NCBI RefSeq assembly: GCF_030028105.1
Contig: NC_092375.1
Coordinates: forward strand, 135,001,035-135,065,034
DNA length: 64,000 nucleotides
Direction: 5' to 3'
Origin: Mobula birostris
Taxonomy: Eukaryota
Every line of letters begins with the position of its first letter. The first letter of the stretch is position 1. Made by a program: the position numbers and the translations under genes. The notes beneath the pieces are model-generated. The model ran no database searches, had not been told where the DNA came from, and saw nothing but the letters and a program-made list of their open reading frames with translations. This document shows, one piece after another, positions 37,866 through 50,329 of this stretch.

Positions 37866-38937
37866 TGTGGAGGATTGAGGACGGACGGCTAACCCACAGA
37901 TGGTACTAGGATCGAGTCAGTTTTCGGAAATCCTGTGTGAATCAGGAGATCAAGTGATCCCAGATGAAGTACAAAATAATATTGTTCTAATGGTTCCTCC
38001 AGCCAATAAGCAAGAGACACAACGGCTTGTGGGCCTATTGGGCTACTGGAGGTGGCACATAGCGTACCTAACTGTCCTGTTCGAACCCTGACATAAAGTA
38101 ACTATAAAAAAAAGGCAGCTTTTGAATGGGGTTGAGCCATAGCAAGCATTTAAGGTTGCCAAGGAAGCAGTGGCTCAGGCCCTGTCCTTGGGCCTTCATT
38201 TCCTCAGGCTGCCATTATGGGTGTCCGTGTACATCAGGGCACCTCTGTGTGGAGTCTATGGCAGAAAGTAAAAGGAGCAAACAGTCCCCGAGGGGTTTGG
38301 TTCCACACTCTTTGAAAGACAGTTGCTAGGTTGCTGTGGGCAAAACGAGAGCAAATCCAGAAATCCAAGGTGCAAAGGGACTTGGGCGTCTTTGTGCAGG
38401 ATTTCCCCACTTAGTTGCACTACTGCAAGAGGTTGTGTTGGTGTGGGATACAACATTGTGATGTGAAGGATTGAGGAAAGCATTGTGGCAATGACACCTT
38501 CCTGGAGATGTGAGAGACTGAAGATCCTGGACCCTGGGGTGAAAAAAATACAGACTGCTGGAGGAACTTGGGGTGTTAGGCAGCATCTGCAGAGGCAAAA
38601 AGATGGCCAACGTTTCAGGTCAATTTGCTTCATGGGGACTGAGAGGAGGAAGGAAAGGTGGCCAATATAAAGAGGAGAGAAGGAGTGAAGAGTGGGGAGA
38701 TAGGGCTGGCAGATGAAGCAAGTGAAGTTGAGGATAATGTTCAGGTGAGTTCAGGGGAGCTTTTTTTGTTTAGGATAAGATCAAGGTCTGGGCAGATGAC
38801 AGTATTAGTGGAGGGAACTGAGTGTTTCTTTGTTCCACAAAGTGTTGGATGTGCTAAGACCTTTCTGATGGGTGATAGAGGTATATAACGACTGGACAAG
38901 GCCTTATCTGGCACTGGTCCTTGTCAGCAATGGGTCA

Positions 38938-39240
38938 AAATCAGAATCAGTTTTAATATCACTGGCATATGCTGTGAAATTTAATGTTTTGCAGCAGCAG
39001 TGAAGTGCAATACATAATAAAAAAATATAAATTGCAATAAAAATATATATATATAAAAATAAATTACATAAGTAGTGCAGAAAGTACTGAGGCAGTGTTC
39101 ATGGGTTCATTGTCCATTCAGAAATCTGATGGTGAAGGGGAAGAAGCTGTTTCTAAAATGTTGAGTGTGTGTCTTCAGGCTCCTGCACCTCCTCTTTGAT
39201 GGTGGTAATAAGAAAAGTGCACGTCCTAGGTGATAGGAAT
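38938..39240 (-). mobile_element. Rex1/Babar 3' fragment
   Basis: FRNSFFPFTIRFLN and tail. Confidence 0.8.
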
Positions 39241-40092
39241 CTGTTTTAGATCCAATGGTTAATATCAGGACATGCAGCCTGGTTCCAGTGTAGGATGGAG
39301 ACGAGATTTTGTGGACTGTCAAACTGGTGTCCTTGCTATTGGATCCCTTGGCCACTACTCTATCTCATTGGCCTAAGTTAGGAATCATTTCCTATTTCAG
39401 TGTTTGTCTAAATGTCTCACAGTATCTGATTGCACCACCACCTCTGGCAACAAGTTCTATATATCAGCTGTTCTCTGTGTAAGAAGACCTATCCTGTCAG
39501 ATCCTCTGTTCTATGCCCCGCAACTGTGTGCATATTTACTTTTGCCCAGCGTCCAGCTGCACGCCTACCCCTCAGGAGTGTCACACTGCAGTGCTATCCA
39601 TCCTTCCAGAATCGACGAGCTCAAACGGGAATCTGATCATTACCATTGCCTAGGAAACTTTGTTGCCATACTTTGTAACAATCTTGTTAAACTGAGGTAT
39701 TGTTCTTTACTTTTGTGTCAGAAGGTCATGTGTTCAGAGACCCTTCCAGAGCCATTGAAAGAAACCTAGTCCCAACAGAGGGTACTTCGCTGTCTGGGGT
39801 GTCTACTTGTAAGTGAGAACCTATTTCAAAGCCCTAGCTGCTCTCTCAGATTGATAAATAAATATCTATGATAGTATAGCAAAATGCAACAGAGATACCA
39901 CCTGATGATATTGATAACCTATATGGTCTGCCCTGCTCAATACTTACTCCTGATATTGATGACCAAAATGATGTTCTTTGAACAATATTGACTTCTCATT
40001 CAAAATTACTGATAAATTATTTATCTGGTCATCATCACATTATCAGTTCATGGAGCTTGCTGTTACCTTTTCCCCTTCTTTACCTGTGTTAA

Positions 40093-40400
40093 AGCAGCCC
40101 AGTAGCGTAGTGGTTAGTGCACCACTATTACAGAGCCAGTGACCCTTGGTGAGGGGTTCAATTCCTGCAAGGAATGTGTGTGTTCTCCCGGTGATCACGT
40201 GGGCTTCCTCTGGGCACTCTGCTTTCCTCCCACATTCTAAAGATGCATGGTTAAGGTTAAAGACACACAATGTAGGTGCTGTGGTAACACTTGCAGGCTG
40301 CCCAGCAACACCACCACTGATTTGGTTTGATAGAAACAGCGCACGTCACTATGTGTTACAATGTTTTAATGCACTTATAGCAAATAAAGCAAACATTTAA
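40093..40400 (+). mobile_element. tRNA-derived V-SINE
   Basis: A box tagcgtagtgg, B box ggttcaattcc, V-domain gtgggcttcctctgggcactctgctttcctcccaca. Confidence 0.8.
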
Positions 40401-40539
40401 AATTGCTTTACAGAGAAAATTCATTTTCTGTATAATGTTTCATGATATTCTGAAGGACAGTAGACAGATGTAAATCTTTCTTTCTCTTAAGTTACTGATG
40501 GATATTATCAATAATAAGAGTAACATTGGAATCACTTAC

Positions 40540-40619
40540 CCATTGTATTCAGTCCTGGAACTGTGAAGGAACAAGAGGAATATGTGCAGAAGAGGGATGT
40601 ATTTTAACCACCTCTTCAT
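40540..40619 (-). pseudogene. CPO: probable CPO exon 1 (signal peptide)
   Basis: ATG...GG|gtaagtg encoding MKRWLKYIPLLHIFLLFLHSSRTEYNG: basic N-terminus, hydrophobic core, and a phase-2 end in aromatic-x-Gly as in M14A exon 1. Same strand as, and upstream of, the other CPO exons. Confidence 0.55.
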
Positions 40620-40949
40620 GATAACAATGAACTGGGACCTACTCTGCATGCAGCAAAAGCTCTGAACTGTGAGCTTGATGAAATAGTGATCAAGTAAAAC
40701 TGTTTTCAGATACACATTCCTACCCTCAAATAACTATGCTGCAGCTTAATTGAATTCTAAGCAAACCTAATGGCTGGAATGCAAAACAGCTGTCTGTGGT
40801 GGTTGAAGACACTGAACTTGTTCTTCTTAAAGCAGGGAAAGTTAGGGAGAGATGTGTTTAAAAGTTTTGATAGAACAGATCTGCAGAAACAGTTCCCACT
40901 CACTGAAGGGTCAATTTCCAAATGGCACCAATCAAAAATAAAAAGCTAA

Positions 40950-41408
40950 AAGTCCATAGAATGCCACAAATTATATTATGACTGATCAGTTATTACAAAT
41001 AGGACAATCCATATTAACCATCCAGATATAATATTACAGGATAAACAAGCAAGAACAACTTATTCAATAGATATAGCCATTCCAAACACATATAGAGGTC
41101 AATAAGTGAAAACACCAGAAATATGCTGAAATGAAAGAGGAAATTGAAAGACTTTGGAATATGAATAGGTTATGCTTGTTTCAACAGTAATATCTACAAT
41201 TGGTGTCATCCCAAAGTCACTACACAATAGCATTAAACAATTAGAGCTATACAGAAATATCTATGTAAATCTTCAGAAACCAACTGTCTGAATAGTCTGA
41301 AAGTTCCTAGCAATTAACAAATGAGCATGCTTGGTTATGCCTGTACCTCAGGATTTACCAGCTTGAGTTGAGAAAAATTAAAAAAAATAATAATAATAAT
41401 AATAATAA
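40950..41408 (+). mobile_element. R4/Dong-clade LINE 3' fragment (RLE endonuclease) ending in (TAA)n
   Basis: NHPDIILQDK...IDIAIP...KYAEMKEEIERLW...VISTIGVIPKSL, a PD-(D/E)xK type motif, followed by a TAA repeat. Confidence 0.8.
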
Positions 41409-42200
41409 ATAACAAATAGAGATGAAGAGTCATTGAAGTGAGTGCATTGGTTGTGGGAAAAGTTCTGTTTTGGGGTGAGTGAAGTTATCCTCTCTGGTTC
41501 CAGAGCCTGATAGCTGAGGGATAATAACTGTTTCTGAACCTGTTGGTGTGGGACCTGAGCCTCCCATATCATTCTTCCCCATGGTTCAGTGAGACGAGAG
41601 CATGGCCTGAGTGGTGGGGATCCTTGATGATGGATGCTGCTCTCCTGTGAAAGCACACCATGTAGATGTGCTCAACGGTGGGGAGGGCTTTACCCATGAT
41701 GGACTGGGCCGTATCCAGTACCTTTTGTAGAATTTTCCATTCAAGGGCTTTGGTGTTTCCATACCAGGCTGTGATGCAACCAGTCAATATACTCTCCACC
41801 ACACAACTATAGAGATTTGGCAAAGGTTTAGATGTCATGCCGAATCTTCCCAAACTTCTCAGAAAGCAGAGCTGCTGCTTCCTTCTTAATTGCATTTACG
41901 TGCTGGGCCCAGGACAGGTCTGCTGAAATGACTGGCTCATGTGCCTCCAGTTTCCTCCTCCTGAAGTCAGTAATCAGCCCCTTGGTCTTGCTGACATTAA
42001 GTGAGAGGCTGTTGTTGTGGCACCTCTCAGACAGATATTCAATCTGCCTTCTGTATGCTGATTTGTCACCACCCTTGATTCAGCCAAAGACAATGGTGTC
42101 ATCAGCAAACTTAAATACGGCATTGGAGCTGTGCTTAGCCTCACAGTCACAAATTTAAAGCAAGTGATCAAGATGATGCTGGTGAACCACGGTGAAGTGC
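41409..42200 (-). mobile_element. Rex1/Babar 3' fragment
   Basis: VVESILTGCITAWYGN; KFADDT. Confidence 0.85.
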
Positions 42201-42976
42201 CAGGGGCTGCTTGCAAAACTTCTGAATATACAGTAGCTCCTTTGAACTACTCCCACTGCAATCTGTAGTGCAGCATGTAATTTCCCCTTAAGCAATGTAC
42301 TTTTGAATTGTCTGAATGAACTAGCAATTTCATGATCTTCTAAAAGACTCGGCGGACTTAACTCTCAACCAAGCAGATACTGCACCGACAACAGTACATC
42401 ACCATGGCTGGAAGAGAAAATCGAGGGGTAGACTCCAAGCCAGGGTGAAACGCAGAGGAGAGAGACCCCCTTTACCCAGAATCTTGTGAGTAAATGTACA
42501 GTCGCTGGGGAATAAGAATGACGACCCAAGGGCAAGATTGCTGTGTCAGAGAGAAATGAGGAATTGCTGTGTTTCACAGAGTCATAGCACACTCCAAACA
42601 CACCAGATGCATCAGTAAGACTCAAAGGCTTCCCACACACGGGATGGACCGGGCTTCTGATTTAAAGGAGGCAAAAGGTGGGGGTCTGTGTTCCATGATA
42701 AGCTCTCTGTAGTGCTCCAATGTGGTGGTGTTCTCATACTCTTATTCCCCCAACCTGGAACATCTAACAACTAAGTGTCAACTGTTCTAATTACCAGGCA
42801 AGTTCTCTTCCGTGACACCTAACCGCAGTCTACATATCACCAAAAGTCAACGTTAATCAGGCACTCAAGATATTAATTCTTCCATCACCAAGCAAGAAAC
42901 AGTCTACCCTGACACTTTTCAAATCATGGTCTGGGACTTCAATCAGGTTTGTTGGAATAAATCTCTACCCAGTTGT

Positions 42977-45900
42977 CCTTCTTCTTGGACCCTTAGCTCT
43001 CACTGGAGCATAGACCATCAACGACCTCCCACCTCCATCGTCCTCTGTTCTGAGCCAGTTTCTCAAGGGTGGACCAGGAGTATCCCCATTGTCTAATTTC
43101 AGCCTCGGCGTCTTTCCTCCATGTGTTCTTTGGACATCCCTTTTCCCTCTGTCCTCTTTCCTGTCTGGTGATGTTGATTGACTTCCTCAAGGTGTGGCCA
43201 GTCCATCTCCATTTCCATTTGTGTATTTGTATGTCTATGGACTCCTGGTTGGTGTTCTCCCACAGTGTCTGGGTGGTTAATGTGTCAGTCCATCAGATGT
43301 TTAGGATCCTTCTCGGGCACTGGTTGATGAAAGCCTGCGGTTTTTGTAATTGCTTCTTTGTTGTTCTCCTGATTTCAGAGCCGTATAGGAATGCTGCTTT
43401 AACATTGGAGTGGAAGATTCTGATTTTGTTTTTCCTTGATATGGATGGCCACACATTCTCAAGATGTAGAATGCTACTTCGACCTTGTTGATCCTGGCTT
43501 TGACATTCTCATCTGTCCCACTATATACACCTACAATGCTTCCAAGATAGACAAAGGAAGTCACTTCTTCCAGGGTTGTATCTCTCATCACTATGGATCT
43601 TTTGCTGGTGCAATTGATCTTCATCACTTTTGTTTTATCTGCATTTGGTCTTAGACCTAGCATGGTGGAGTTAGCAGTCAAGAGTGTTGATTTTACTTGC
43701 ATCTGTTGGTTAGAGCTAGACAGTAGGGCGATGTCACCTGCAAACTCTAGATCATCAAGTTGCCACCACATAATCTGCTGGATTCCATTTCCTTTCTCAT
43801 TTGTTGCCTGTTTCATAATCCAATCCATTGCCAACAGGAACTGGAAAGGAGCCATCAAGCATCCTTGCTTCACCCCAATGTTGACAGTGAAGCTTGCTGA
43901 CAGTTTTCATGTAAGTATGACTTTGCATGAGATGTTGTAGGAGTTCCTGATGATATTGATAAATTTCTGTGGTATTCTATAATGTTCATAAGTTTCCATA
44001 GGGAGTTTCTGTCTAAACCATCAAAGGCTTTCTCACGGTCAATGAAGTTGATTAGAGAGAAGTATTCCATTCAATTGACTGGTCTATGATTATTCTTAAG
44101 GTAGCTCTTGATCCGTGCAGGAGCGATCTTTCCTAAAGCCTGCTCGTTGGTCCCTTAATGTTGTGTCAACAGCTTGTTGAAGGTGATGCAGAATAATTCT
44201 ATTTAGCACCTTTCCAACCACAGATGTTAAGGATATAACTCTGTAGTTTTTACAGTCTCAAAGGTTACCTTTCTTTGGAAACTTGATTAGGTGGCTTTCT
44301 TTCCTCTCTTGTGACGTCTCTTCTTTGCCCCAGATGTTGCAGGACAAAGTGTATAGGACATCAGCCAAAAGCTTAGGGTCTACCTTCAATGCCCCTGGTG
44401 GTACGCTGTCTGGGCCAGCTGCTTTTCCTGACTTTAGCCTCTTGATTGCCTGTATCATTTCCTTCTTTGAAGGACGCCACAGTTGACAGCCAAGTTTGAT
44501 AGTGCTTCTGGAATTAGAGGAGATTCTGGAGGAGGTAGTCTGTTCAGAATCTCACTGAAGTACTGTGTTCAGCGTTGGAGCTGTTTCTCTTCTTTAGTTA
44601 GGATATTTCCATCTTTATCCTTCACTTGGGTATTGATCTGGTTGAATTTGCCAACAAGTTTCTTGGTAGTATTGTACAGTTCTTACATATTCCCTCTTGC
44701 TGAGGTTTCTTCTGCTTGGGATGCAAGGGTGCTGATGTACTCTCTCCTGTTCACCTTGATATTTCTCCTTCCTTCCATGTCCACTCTGTCATACTCCCTC
44801 TGTGCCTCAATTTTCTCATTCCTAGTTCTGCTATTCCCTTGTCTTTTAATGCTCTCCTCTTCTTGATTGTTTCCATTGTTCCTGGTGCAATCCACTCCAG
44901 GATTACACCAACTACTCAAAAGTCCTTTTTCCCCAGCACTTCCTCACAAGCTTCATTTATTGCTTCCTTGACAGCAGACCATTTGTCTTCAATATCAAAG
45001 TCCTCAAGTGGAACCTGTTGGAAAGTGTGAGGGAAAATCTCTGAGCTGTTTCTTTGTCTTTCAGATAGCTCACATCATACTTCAGTCACTGATTGTGTGC
45101 TATGTAGCTTCTCTTTAGCTTCTTCTGTACTTTGGCAATCTGAGGATGGTGGTTTGACCTGGCACCTGCACCACGTTTCACTCTCACATCATGGAGTGAA
45201 TTTCAAAACTTCTTTGGGATACATACATGGGTAATCTGGTTTTCTGTAACCTTGTTTGGTGACATTCACGTTGCCTTGTGTATTGACTTGTGTGGGAATA
45301 AGCTTCCACCAATAACTAGCTTGAAGTTAGCTCAAGTTTCAGCAAATCGTTCCCCATTTTTGTTCATTTCTCTGAGATTGTGTCCCCATCACCTGGTCAT
45401 GTCCCGCATTACCCCTGCCTATTTTGGCATTAAAATCTCTCATAACAAAGATCATTTTCCTTCTCTCTGCTGATGACTGCACTGAATGTGATGTAAAGTT
45501 CATCTTTATCTTCTTCATTAGTGTCATTTGTTGGTGTGTAACATTGGATAACTTAAGCTATTATCTTCTTGTGCTTGGTTTTAAAGCTAGCAGTGATGAA
45601 TCTGGAACTTGTGGCTTCCCATGTGATCTTGGCTTGACATGCTTCTGGTGTCACCCTGAAAGCTACTCCCTCTGTATATGGGGCACCAATACTCTGATGG
45701 CCTGAGTAGATGATAGTTATCCCATCTGTCAGTTGAGTCTCTCCAGTTGATCTCCATCTCATTTGCTATGACTGTGGATTTTCCTGCCTGATACATGGTT
45801 CTCGCATTCCAGGTATCCAAGGTAGATATGGACTTTGGTGACAGAAGTGTTGTCCACTGTGCAGGATCCTGATGACTTTCCCTGCACTGTGTCATATGCT

Positions 45901-46060
45901 CACTTGATGGTGAGCTTCTTCTCACAAAGTTGATGCTATGGTTGGAGATCAATGTTTCTGTAATCCATTGCATCCACTGTACAGCTTCACCAGAGCCCTG
46001 CTTGCTGATCTTCCCATTTCCACCTTTCACGACGAGGATGCAGGGCTGGACTTTGAGAGG
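42977..46060 (-). mobile_element. Near full-length decayed RTE-clade LINE
   Basis: TWNARTMYQAGK, DFNAKIG, GKAAGPD, NFID-EKAFD, KQGCLMAPFQFLLAMDWIM, LDDLEFAGDIALLS; (AAG)n tail. Confidence 0.9.
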
Positions 46061-46924
46061 TCTGCCCATATACCATCAGTATTAAACCTGAAGCACCAGG
46101 AGTCCAAACACACTAGACCACAGCTACACCACAATAAGGGATACCCACCATTTCATGGCAAGGCCACATTCCAGGAAATCTGATCGCTTGGTTGTCCTTT
46201 TCCTGCCTGCACACAGGCAGAGGCAAAAGAGCAAAGCTCTGGAGAAAAGGACAATGGAAAGGTGGTTGCAGGAGGCAGAGGAGAAGCTACAAGATTGTTT
46301 TGAGTCAGTGGACTGGGCCGTGTTCAGGGACCCTGAATGAATACACCACGATTGTCATGGGCTTTATTAAAACAGTTGTAGGTGAGTGTTTTCCCTTCAA
46401 AATCATTCAGAGTCTTCCCCAAACAAGAAGCCCTGGATGAACCATGAAATCCACAATCTGCTGAGGGCCAGATCATTGGTATTCAGGTCTGGTAACCAAG
46501 ATACAAATGGTCCAGGTATGTTCTCCGGAAAGTCCTCTCACGGGCGACGTAGCAATACCAGATGAAACTTGAATCAATGAAGGATGCTCAACAGTTGTGG
46601 CAGGGCTTGGATGCCATCAGCTCTAACAAAGTGAAACCAAGTGACATAGGCAACAACAAAGCTTTGCTTCCAGATGAACTCAGTGCCTTCTTTGCCGTCT
46701 TGACCATCACAACATGGAAGAACCTTCACAAGCTCCCACAATGCCCCCCCGCCCCATGACTCTGTGCTTTCAGTATCTGAGGCTGACATGAGACCATACC
46801 TCTGGAGGGTGAACCTAGAGAGATCACTTGGCCCTGACTGGGTATCTGGCAGAGAACTAAAGACCTGTGTGGATCAGATGGCTGGAATGTTCATCAGTAT
46901 CTTTAACTTATTGCTTCAAGCAGG

Positions 46925-47400
46925 TGTCAGGGCACTGAAGCAGGGACCCAATCGCAGACCAAGTACTGTGCTCACTATGATATTTACTGAGTTGCAAATC
47001 CAAAGGGGCAACAAAGTCAGTGTCAAAGTTCAGGCAGAGATCAAAACTTCCAGAGAAATACAAAATTGGGAAACAAGCAGAGTCGATATTCGGATGGACA
47101 GAGTTCAGATACAAATGCTGGAAAGGTCAGGAAAACTCATTTGCACAATCTGGTGAAAATGCAGGACTAAAATAAACAGAGATGCAGATGATAGGTGGAG
47201 CACAATGAGACAGAAGTGGTAATAATGAGAAACAGGTGAGAGACGGAGTACTCAGTAATACAGGGGCCAGAGTAGAGCAGGAGCGGGGACAGGAGCACAT
47301 GGGGCATGAAAACAAATGAGCACATGGCAATATAAAACCACAGACTGATGGCTAGGGGGAAAACCCACAAAAAGACAGAGTTCAACTGGAGGTACTAACA
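46925..47400 (-). mobile_element. Solo LTR (476 bp) with 5-bp TSD GCAGG
   Basis: TGTCAG...CTAACA termini; GCAGG on both sides; cleanly interrupts the Rex1 ORF. Confidence 0.82.
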
Positions 47401-48254
47401 GCAGGCTTCAAGTATACCAGTGCCTAAGAAGAACGTGGTAACCTGCCTCAATGCCTATTGTCCAGTAGCATTTACATCCACAGTGATGAAGTGCTTTGAG
47501 AAGCTGGTGATGAAACATATCGACTCCTGCTTGAGATGCTACTTGGACCTGTCTACCAGCACAAAAGGTCCACAGCAAATGCCATTTCCTTGGCTCTTTA
47601 TTCAACCCTGGAACATCTGGATACATCAATCTGCTCTTTATCAACTACAGCTTAGCATTTAATACTATCATCCCTTTAAAGCTAATCAATAAGCTTCAAG
47701 ATCTTGGACTCAATACTTCCTTGTACAATTGGATCCTCGATTTCCTCACTTGCAGACCCCAGTCAATTCAGGTTGGCAACAACATCTCCTCCACAATTGT
47801 CCATCAGTACAGGTGCACCACAAGGCTGTATGCTTAGTCCCCTGATCAACTCGCTTTTATCTTTTGCTTCTGGGATTCTACTTTAACTTGGATTGCTTTG
47901 CCTGGAAGCACAGGAACTTTCATACAGGAATTGAGAAACGTAATTTTGAATTGTTCAAGCTCTGGGTGTCCTGAGTCAGAGTATATTTAAAGGAGAGGTT
48001 GATAGGTTCTTGATTAGTGAGGGACAGGAGGAGGCAGAAGAATGGGTTTGAGAGGGATAATAAATCAGCCATGATGAGATGGCAGAGCAGATGGTGGGCT
48101 GAATGATCTGATTCTGCTCTGGTCTTAGTGTAAAATGGTTTATAAATGCAATTCTTTAATCACTTTAATTTACAATTGATAACCACAATGATTGTCTGAT
48201 CTTTGTTGTATTTTTAGTTTTATTTTTTAGTTTCTTGTTCCTTAAGATTGTTAT

Positions 48255-48760
48255 AGTTGGGGGTAGTATTGGGGATAAACTCCCACTAACTGCTCCCAAA
48301 CAGCCTCTGACAACCAAGTCCAGCTCCTGACCCTCAGGTGTGGTTTAGCTGCTAAGCCAGGCAGAACTGTTTCTGCTGACAGGAGAAGGGGCAAAGGCAG
48401 GCTTCTAGCACCTTAAAACCAGTCACTTTGAGCAGATCAGGTTTGTCAGCCGTCGTTGGTAGCTCTTTTAGGAAAAGGAAAACTCTGATCTCCTGCTGTC
48501 TTACAGCTATACCCACCCATGGGGAAGACTTCGGCAGTAAATCCAAGGAGTCCCTAATGCAGTCCTACGTTGAGTTCAACTCCTATGATGCCACTGATAC
48601 CAAACTGTATCAGGCCCTGCCGTTCCAACGGTTGTGTGGAGCCAGCTAAATGGGCAACAGCTTGCTCTCCATATCATGCTGCTCTGGCTTCCATATCACG
48701 TAGACAGCCAGGACGGGACATCCATGGTCAAACTCAACCAACGGAGGGCCTCAACTTTAA
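48255..48760 (+). repeat. Non-coding interspersed repeat, possibly RTE-related non-autonomous element
   Basis: Contains ggaaaaggaaaactctga, an RTE 5'UTR-like motif. No ORF homology seen. Confidence 0.4.
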
Positions 48761-50329
48761 GCTTCTTAGAACATTCTGGAAGCTGCATTTTTAGATTGAT
48801 GCTCACTGGAAGTGCCACAGTGCTACCTTTCAGGTTGGATGTTGTAGTCTGCCCTCTCAAGTTTGTGTATAATATATTGTGGGCAAGTTACCCTTGACGT
48901 CTCAGTCATTATTCATCCCTCAGTTAATATGAGCAGCTGAGCAGTTTGTTGGTTATGGGAGGTTGCTGTTTATAAATTGGATAACTTGTTTCATAAATTA
49001 CAACAGAGTCTTCAAAAGTAATCAGTGGCTGTAAAGAACTTGGAATGTTCTTAAGATGTTGAAGACCACTGCGTAATTAAAAACTTCCCATTCTAATGGA
49101 GCAGTACCAAGTTTGCAAATGTCCATTAGGCCAGCCTGGCTTCGGGATTCAGCGAAGACTTTGGTAGCGAGCTGGGGAACTGTGGATCTCCTTGGCCATC
49201 CTTATTTGCTGGTGAATCGGATGTGGTGTTGCTTTCAGACTTTAGAAAATGGCAAGTGTCAGGAAACCTGATACAAAATATCATGTTGATTCATTGTATG
49301 TGATTGTCCAAACAATAAAGTTTTTATTTATATGTCTGCAGTAAAACACTACCCATAAATAAAATCATAAAAGTTAAAAAATTGTCATTTGATGTAACTT
49401 TATGTTAATAAGAAAGGTACACAATGTTGATTTCACGAATCGTTCATGGACCTCTCAAACAGCAGGTAGGGTTTCAGAACAACATTTTACGTAAAAGCAG
49501 GAATCTTAGACGTAATGCCCTACAAGAGGCGCAGTCTATGATTTGGAGGTTTGGTCTGGCTTCCTTGTACAGGTAGTTATCGGTAAAGTTTTCCACACAC
49601 TTTCTAAATTGGCTTATTCACCAGGCCAGCCAGCTCCAAAGATTTACGATTCTAACATCTCAGCTACCTTCTCTCCTCCACCTTCTCGACACTGGCACCC
49701 ACAATTCCATCTCAACATTGCCTCCTGTGTGCTGGACGTCGCTTTAGTATCAGAATGTACTGACTATAGAGTGAGTGGTTAACAGGCAGGTGGGCATAGG
49801 AGATCACCAACAGCCCTGAGCCCTGATGCTGAACAAAATTCAGATCCAGGTTTGTTTATCATATACCATGCAGTACATTGTTTGCATTAACAACCAACAC
49901 TCCTAAGGATGTGCAAGTGTCACCACCACCTCAAGGGCCACCATAACATGCCCACAATGCAATGCAGGACACACCACAACAGGCAAAAACAAATAACAAT
50001 AGCAAAGCAATCCCCTGTCCTCTCTTCATCTCCAAGCTTTGCCATCAGACTTCAAATTCCAGACTTCTGATCAATCTATTGACTCTGGCACTAGCCAATG
50101 GCAGGACCACAAACCCCAGGCTTGAACTCTGGGCATACCAACTCATCAATAGTAAGTATGTAGAATCATAGAGTCATGATGCTAACTACTAGGAGCCTTC
50201 AGCCCATCTGGCCTATGACCGCCAAGATTCCCATCTACATTAGTCTCATTTGCCAGAATTTGGCCCATATCCCAAACCTTTCCTATCTATATATCTATCC
50301 AAGTAATTTTTCAGTGTTGTTAATGCAAC

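Larger units (their letters stand above)
34962..38335 (+). mobile_element. Class III (ERV-L-like) endogenous retrovirus pol in three pieces (34962-35097, 37410-37504, 37866-38335)
   Basis: LDACFTIP..QEQIAFIWEGRQYIVTRLPQGYVHSP; VVYCNDDN*LRGPNGEEVAEAL; IPDEVQNNIVLMVPPANKQETQRLVGLLGYWRWHI...AFEWG...AVAQALSLG...VWSLWQK. Collinear with ERV-L RT and tether motifs. Confidence 0.85.
42490..47860 (+). mobile_element. Old Rex1/Babar LINE (APE and RT) interrupted by an RTE and a solo LTR
   Basis: LCFTE and KGGGLC APE motifs; resumes at about 46070 (TLDH-YT); LQDCFESVDW; [10 protein letters not shown]; [11 protein letters not shown]. Confidence 0.8.
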
